NCBI GenBank assembly: GCA_965207885.1
Contig: OZ242311.1
Span: 3,392,001 to 3,456,000, forward strand
Direction: 5' to 3'
Source of the DNA: Candidatus Latescibacterota bacterium
GTDB lineage: Bacteria; Latescibacterota; UBA2968
DNA: 64,000 nt
The translations under genes and the position numbers were made by a program. Below are positions 58,257-64,000 of the stretch, piece after piece. How positions within the stretch are numbered: position 1 is the stretch's first letter; each line of letters begins with the position of its first letter. The notes below the pieces were generated by a model that had not been told where the DNA came from, searched no databases, and was given only the letters and a program-made list of their open reading frames with translations.

Positions 58257-59537
58257 TCACGCATTAAAATACCATTCCAGGCCACCCCGTCTCTGGCACG
58301 CATCCGGCGCTGTGCGATCCCTCACCTCCAGTCCGGCAATCGTCATCGCAATCCCGATAGGTGCAGGCTCCAAATCGTCCTGCCGTACGTTGTAGTCCGT
58401 GCCACCCCATCGCGATCCCACCGCCACAACATCGAACCTCACGAACCGTTCCGTCCGCCGGTCAAAACGGAGATAACCCAACAGCGATGCATCCAGACCC
58501 CGTACCTGGCACGCGCCCTCGTACCAACTCCCCTCCGAGAACAGCTGCGCGGATCCGGAAAGCCTTAAATCAACCCATTCCGGTGTCTCCTCAGTCACCG
58601 TCAATGTCATAGCCGCATCCCGGATCGCCTCGGATGGCCACGAAGACGTTTCCCCTCGAACATAATCCGCCAGATGATAACGCACCAGCCGTCTGACCAG
58701 CCCATCGGGCATGGGGATAACATCGCCCACAGCCGCATCCGGTGGAACCATAGCCAGCACCTCTTCCCGTCGAAACCAGACGTAATCCTGATTGTGCGCC
58801 TCTCGCTTCATTCCCGAAGGCCGCGTATCCACCTCCCGGGGCAGATCCCGAACGCTCAGGTGTAAAACCAATCCGTCTTCAGGATACCCCGTCCAGCTAA
58901 ATGTGGGATCCCGATACGCCAGATCTGCGATTTCCAATGCCTCGTGCTGGGTCTTGCGGTTATCCCAATTCTCCAGCGCCCGTCTCAACATCCACAAAAA
59001 TCGGTCTGGATCGCTACCCACACCATGGACCGAGACCTTGCCTCCCGGAAACAGCCTATTGCGACTACCCAACACTTCCCCCCCTGCCGTCACTGCATAT
59101 AAACCCTGATGATTCAGCCCGTGATCGATATCCTCCAATCTGGCCTGTGCTTCCTCAAAAGAATATCCGTACCTTCCCTGCCAGGAGATCAAGCGCAAAA
59201 ACCGGCCCTCATCATCGGCTTGTCGCTGCAACCGGGTATTGTTTACAGCCACCGGGATAAACCGTTCGTTCAAAAACTCGATCACACGCGGATCTGAAAA
59301 AACGAGCGCACGGCCCGTAACCCCGTTATTTCACGTACACCCCAGGGGATGGCCGTTCATCGCCCAGATAAACAGTGGCTTCTCCTCGCGCGCCGCCTTC
59401 TGTCGCCCCTCCCAGAGTTCTCCGATCCAGGGGATATCTGTCCACCCTTCCTTTTGGGGCCGGCAGGCTTCGAACAACGCCTCAAATGTCTCGTCCGTCA
59501 ACGCCGGAGCGGGATTTGTTATCTCTTTGGGTGCCAT
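58257..59537 (-). CDS. candidate selenoprotein, 426 aa, thioredoxin-like N-terminal domain with C-T-U (Sec69)
   Basis: ORFs 59331..59537 and 58257..59285 are in the same frame, separated only by TGA at 59331-59333: PLFIWAMNGHPLGCT-U-NNGVTGRALVFSDPRVIEFLNERFIPVAV. Confidence 0.78.
59295..59333 (-). promoter_or_regulatory. putative bacterial SECIS element
   Basis: UGAAAUAACGGG-GU-UACG-GGC-CGUG-CG-CUCGUUUUUUCA folds into a long stem with a G-starting apical loop about 16 nt after the UGA. Confidence 0.6.
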
Positions 59538-59635
59538 AACACACCTCCGTGTTTCTTCGGGTGAAAATTGATCGCAGTTTAAAAGAATAAGTCAACAATC
59601 GTTCAATCTCTCCCCTGTACGAAAAAAACAAGAGA

Positions 59636-59663
59636 TTGACAAAGGGACTCCTATCCGTAAATT
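59636..59663 (+). promoter_or_regulatory. putative sigma70 promoter
   Basis: TTGACA-N16-TAAATT in the AT-rich divergent intergenic region. Confidence 0.4.
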
Positions 59664-59811
59664 CGCAAATATGATACATAAAATCAAGAGAAGATCATTA
59701 GTAAAATCCATGGTCATCAAACTTGATTTGTCTATGTTTGTAATCTAAATTTGTTTTATTCCGTCTGCTATTTGGCCTGAAGGTAGCCGCTTGTTAACAC
59801 AAGGAGTATGG

Positions 59812-61512
59812 ATGAAACTCTGTACTAGAATCGCTCTATTCTTCTGGGTATTCTATATCGGAATCTGGTGCCAGGAGGTGCAATTTGTGGAGGTATCTGT
59901 CCAGGCTGGTATTGACTTCATCCATGTCAACGGAGCCAGTGGCAGGAAGTACGAAGTAGAGACAATGGGCCCTGGCTGTGGGCTATTCGATTACGACGGC
60001 GACGGCGATCTGGACATCTACCTGATCAATGGCGCACCGCTGCCGGGCTATCAGACAACGGTGATACCGACCAACCGCCTTTACAGAAACGATGGAGAGT
60101 GGCGGTTTACGGATGTGACGGCAGTATCAGCAACGGACAATCCGGGCTACGGTCTGGGATGTGCGGTGGGAGATTACAATAACGATGGGGACCTGGATCT
60201 TTACGTGACCAACTTCGGCCCCAACATGCTTTACCGCAATGAAGGCAACGGAACCTTTGCAGATGTGACCACCCGGGCTGTCGTGGGGGATGCACGCTGG
60301 GGTAGTACCGCGATGTTCCTCGACTATGACCGGGACGGAGACCTGGACCTCTATCTGGTCAACTACATCGATTGTACTCTAAAAAACGATAGAGACTGCA
60401 GAATACCCGGCACAACTACGCTGGGCTATTGCCACCCGGATATCTACCCTGGGGTCCCGGACGTGCTCTACCGAAACGAAGGAGATGGAACCTTTACAGA
60501 TGTAACCCGCGAGTCCGGCATCTACCGTTCGGGAGCGAGAGGACTGGGCGTGGTGGGCACCGACTACGACAACGACGGAGATCTGGACATATATGTGGCC
60601 AACGATTCAATGGAGAACTACCTCTTTGCCAATCTGGGCGACGGAACATTTGAGGAAATCGCCCTGCTGTCCGGCGTGTCATTCAACGAGAGGGGCCACG
60701 CCGAAGCGGGAATGGGAGTGGATATCGCGGACGTAGATGGAAACGGCTATTCGGATATCCTGATCGGACACCTGGCGACGGAGACGAATACCCTCTACCT
60801 GAACAACGGAGATGAAACATTTACGGATGCGACCAAGACAGCGGGCCTTGCCACGACACTGAATGACCTGACATTCGGACTGGTCTTCTTAGATGCGGAC
60901 AACGATGGAGATACCGATGCCTTTGCCGCGAACGGGCATGTCCTGGACAACATCGAGCTTATCTCCGACGCGTCTCCCTACAAACAGCGCAATAAGCTCT
61001 TTGAAAATACGGGCAATGGGCAATTCGCGGATGCTTCGGCACGCTTTGGCCCCGGCTTGAGCATTCTCAAATCGAGCCGGGGAACCGCTGCGGGGGATAT
61101 CGACAACGACGGCGATATCGATCTGCTGGTAGCCAATGTCGCCGATCGGCCAGATCTGCTGAGGAATGAAGGAGGCAACCGGAATAACTGGCTGATGGTG
61201 AGACTCATTGGAGGAGAAAGTGTTCCGGAAGTAAAGAAAAACTCGAAACTTTCCAATCGAGATGGAATCGGAGCGCAGGTAACCGTAATATCCGGCGATC
61301 TGCGGCAGGTAAAAGAGGTACACAGCGCAGCCAGCTACCAATCGGCCAATGATCTGAGATTGCACTTTGGATTGGGAAAGTGGAAACAGATAGACCTCGT
61401 AGAGGTCCGATGGCCATCGGGAAGAGTGGATCGAATCGCAGAAACATCTTCCAACAAAATACTGGTGATCAAAGAAGGGGAAACCATGCCTGTATCGAGG
61501 ACGCAGGATTAG
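59812..61512 (+). CDS. CRTAC1-family FG-GAP repeat protein with ASPIC/UnbV domain
   Basis: Repeated DYDxDGDLDxY motifs. NRDGIGAQV, SYQSANDLRLHFGLG, VRWPSG. Confidence 0.93.
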   Translation: MKLCTRIALFFWVFYIGIWCQEVQFVEVSVQAGIDFIHVNGASGRKYEVETMGPGCGLFDYDGDGDLDIYLINGAPLPGYQTTVIPTNRLYRNDGEWRFTDVTAVSATDNPGYGLGCAVGDYNNDGDLDLYVTNFGPNMLYRNEGNGTFADVTTRAVVGDARWGSTAMFLDYDRDGDLDLYLVNYIDCTLKNDRDCRIPGTTTLGYCHPDIYPGVPDVLYRNEGDGTFTDVTRESGIYRSGARGLGVVGTDYDNDGDLDIYVANDSMENYLFANLGDGTFEEIALLSGVSFNERGHAEAGMGVDIADVDGNGYSDILIGHLATETNTLYLNNGDETFTDATKTAGLATTLNDLTFGLVFLDADNDGDTDAFAANGHVLDNIELISDASPYKQRNKLFENTGNGQFADASARFGPGLSILKSSRGTAAGDIDNDGDIDLLVANVADRPDLLRNEGGNRNNWLMVRLIGGESVPEVKKNSKLSNRDGIGAQVTVISGDLRQVKEVHSAASYQSANDLRLHFGLGKWKQIDLVEVRWPSGRVDRIAETSSNKILVIKEGETMPVSRTQD

Positions 61513-61551
61513 GCTGTGTGTGCCCGATACTCGCGGTGGAAAACGCGAGAC

Positions 61552-63573
61552 CTAAAGCCGGTGGACCATGTGGCCCTGCTCGGGAAACCATATCAAGTCA
61601 ATGAAGAGCGATAACACGACACCCAGGACATAGCCGACGAGCAGGCCCAGAAATAGGGGTCGGGATTTCTGGTACGAGGATGCTCCCCCTACCTTTACGG
61701 TAATCCATCTGATCAGCCAGGCTACGAGAATCGTCAGGCTCGTCCGTCGAGCGAGGAAGGAGCCTGAAATGGTGAGACCCACCGGATGAAGAGGCCACCA
61801 CGGGAACCGACGCCTGAGCAGGAAGAGCAACGCGGTAGCCAGCGCGCCGAGCACAAAAAAGGCAAACTGGTCAGGATGCTCTATGAAGATCGGTGCATCG
61901 GTATCCTGCATCAGAAAAGATCTGACGGATTTCGCGGTGCGATCGTAGTGCGGATTGCCGGATCTAATGGCCACCCAACCTGTGAAGTTCAGTGCGCCGT
62001 GTCGATAACCCAGATAAAGTGTCACCAACACGCATGTGACCACACTCGTCACAAAAGCCAGAAAAACCGCGCCTGTGAGCTGTCGCCGGCTTTCCACCTG
62101 CACACCCTCAGCCACCCGTCCGGCCTGACTGAGAGCGGGTAAGAAGGATCCCTTGAAATTGGACAACAGGACGCCCGAGGTCCGTGCAGCTACCCGAGTG
62201 CTCGCGTGGATGGATTCTCCATCCAGAAAGGGACTTACCAGCCCCCATCCTCCCCAAATGGGGGCGTTGACATAAGGCAACCCCGTATCGGATAGGATTC
62301 TCGCCAATCCCAAATAGGTGAAGATCGCCCCAAAGATCAGCAGTACCGCCTGAAAAGGATCGAATCCGATCCGGACCAACCAGACCCAGATGTAGATCAG
62401 GCTGATAGCCAACCCTGCAACAGCCGTGCGGTAGGAGAGCGGTTCGTCCCTATCGTCAACCGGGGCCTGGGGGTCAAGTGCCTTCCAAAACACATCTCGG
62501 ATCTGCGAACGCGCCGCCCAGGTGGTAGAAAGCACCAGAAAGAAAAAGGCTCCCTTCGTCTGCCAGGAGCAGACCCCCGAGTAGTAATAGGGCGAAGTAG
62601 CCACAAATCCGATCCGGTTGAGCAGGCCCCCTTCGAGAATAAAGAGCAAATCGAAAAACCAGATGCTAAACAGAACTTCCACAGTTGCGAAATAGGAAAA
62701 GCAGATAGTAAAAATATCGAGGATGCCGTAGATAGGCGGAAAATTTCGATCGATCCAGATCCATCGCCCACCCTGGTGTGCCGCACTGCCCTGCGCGTAG
62801 ATGGGGAATTGGGGAAAGGTAGGAATGAAGTAGTTGACACAGTTCCAGGCGATCATCCCGAAGACTATCCAGAAGCCAATCCAGAAGAGGGTATTCCGCG
62901 TGAATGCCGGGAGAAACCCCTTTCCGTCTCCCGGGTGGGAGGCCATTTCGACCAGTGGTGCCATAGCCGGAAAAGCCACTTTTTCGTAGTGTATCCACTG
63001 TTTGCGGAAGATGGTGGTGACGCAGGCATAAAGGACAAAAGCGGCAAGTGTCAATCCACCCCACCAGAACAGGGGTAAGATCCACTTCCCCCACGGCAAT
63101 TGCGCGCCCCTGGGAAGTCCCTCCCAGAACCAGGTCACCGCTTTCTCTTCGTTTTCGGGAAACAGCCACTCTGCAATGTAGGGATGCAGATAATTGGCCC
63201 ATTCGTTTTCACCCGTGGCGAAGTAGTGCGGCGCGCCCATGTAGGAAATGAGGTAGCCGGAATACCCGTAGAACAGAACCGCTGCTCCGACTATTCCCAT
63301 CGCCAGAATCGTATGCCATTCTGAGGGCGACAGTGCCCGCCTCGTTCCACGCGCAACAACTGCTCCGACCAGGAGCATCAGGACAAAACCGATTAGCACG
63401 ACCATTGGCACATGGCTATAAGCCATCATTGGGCCGCGGGGGAGCAAGTATTTCACATGGATAGCCAGCACATCAATACCGACGACCAGGCCGAGGCCGA
63501 GAAGTACGGCGCGCGTCATGGGTCTGGTTCTTTCGGGAGAGTCAAGTTGCCCGGAAGGCTCTTGCATGGCCAT
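61552..63573 (-). CDS. polytopic membrane protein, DUF6785/DUF6784-type putative transporter
   Basis: Many TM helices. RKQWIHYEKVAFP, WWPLHPVG, RPLFLGLLVG motifs. Confidence 0.75.
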   Translation of the reverse strand: MAMQEPSGQLDSPERTRPMTRAVLLGLGLVVGIDVLAIHVKYLLPRGPMMAYSHVPMVVLIGFVLMLLVGAVVARGTRRALSPSEWHTILAMGIVGAAVLFYGYSGYLISYMGAPHYFATGENEWANYLHPYIAEWLFPENEEKAVTWFWEGLPRGAQLPWGKWILPLFWWGGLTLAAFVLYACVTTIFRKQWIHYEKVAFPAMAPLVEMASHPGDGKGFLPAFTRNTLFWIGFWIVFGMIAWNCVNYFIPTFPQFPIYAQGSAAHQGGRWIWIDRNFPPIYGILDIFTICFSYFATVEVLFSIWFFDLLFILEGGLLNRIGFVATSPYYYSGVCSWQTKGAFFFLVLSTTWAARSQIRDVFWKALDPQAPVDDRDEPLSYRTAVAGLAISLIYIWVWLVRIGFDPFQAVLLIFGAIFTYLGLARILSDTGLPYVNAPIWGGWGLVSPFLDGESIHASTRVAARTSGVLLSNFKGSFLPALSQAGRVAEGVQVESRRQLTGAVFLAFVTSVVTCVLVTLYLGYRHGALNFTGWVAIRSGNPHYDRTAKSVRSFLMQDTDAPIFIEHPDQFAFFVLGALATALLFLLRRRFPWWPLHPVGLTISGSFLARRTSLTILVAWLIRWITVKVGGASSYQKSRPLFLGLLVGYVLGVVLSLFIDLIWFPEQGHMVHRL

Positions 63574-63633
63574 CGCTGATCAATCCTGAAAATCCTGCCT
63601 GATACAAATATGGTCGCGCGGGATGAAATCGGA

Positions 63634-64000
63634 CTAAACAGGAACAAGCCCCTCTGCATTCTCCCGCCCGATCTTCCGCCACACATCCTCAGGAAGATCC
63701 AGACTGCCCAGAAACGTGAGTAACTCGCCGCCATAGTAGTCCCGACCGAACAGGAACCGGTCGGCGTACGCAATCAGCATCTCTCGGGAGAATTCTGGAT
63801 CGGCCTTGAGCGCTCTTAATCCACTGCCGGCTGAAAGGTCGGCACGCAGATTCGCATACCGGTCAAACATATCCGGCAGTCTGCCACCGCGCACCAAAGG
63901 GTCACGGTGACTCACCTGGGGATATTCGTCGGCGTCGGCACTCAACTCTCGCCAGAACCCCGGTGCGTGCCCAATGAATATCGTATCCGGACAGGCATCC
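63634..64000 (-). CDS. amidohydrolase_2-family protein, 5' end outside the window
   Basis: CPDTIFIGHAPGFW, NLRADLSAGSG, DRFLFGRD, KIGRENA. Confidence 0.8.
   Translation of the reverse strand, partial: DACPDTIFIGHAPGFWRELSADADEYPQVSHRDPLVRGGRLPDMFDRYANLRADLSAGSGLRALKADPEFSREMLIAYADRFLFGRDYYGGELLTFLGSLDLPEDVWRKIGRENAEGLVPV

Noticed and set aside
58257-59537. Genome-wide UGA reassignment (genetic code 4 or 25) as the explanation for the in-frame TGA
   Set aside because: Many other genes in the window end at TGA at their expected C-termini (e.g. the GMC oxidoreductase and DUF1501), so any read-through here must be site-specific.
59990-61130. Recurrent GACxACGACGGxGATCTGGAC motifs as DNA repeats
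   Set aside because: They are explained by the FG-GAP calcium-binding repeats of the CRTAC1-family protein.

Overview
Bacterial accessory and catabolic region, probably from a Latescibacterota- or PVC-like heterotroph. That assignment is inference from dockerin/EF-hand-tagged proteins, a DUF6785-type membrane protein and a DUF1549/1553-DUF1501 pair. Bases 1-48 kb are a mosaic of gene-sized catabolic modules: 9 Cys-type sulfatases, 6 intact plus 1 remnant PhyH-type Fe(II)/2OG dioxygenases, GH51, GH82 (iota-carrageenase-like), a GH43-like propeller, a degenerate GH32, GH3, GH2, two enolase-superfamily enzymes and several oxidoreductases. Gene-end remnants, a tRNA 3' fragment and a REP-like palindrome mark some junctions. 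Bases 48-53 kb hold an ECF sigma / anti-sigma / Spy-like module next to a secreted EF-hand-YHYH-metallophosphoesterase fusion, and a shared promoter motif CG(A/C)AGG-N16-CGTCTAA is visible in the DNA. Bases 53-56 kb hold two inverted 937-bp IS5-family copies that truncate recQ and two other genes. At 58.3-59.5 kb, two annotated ORFs form one reading frame with an in-frame TGA in a C-T-U motif followed by a SECIS-like hairpin, making it a candidate unannotated selenoprotein. All product calls come from motif recognition by eye; no database searches were run.
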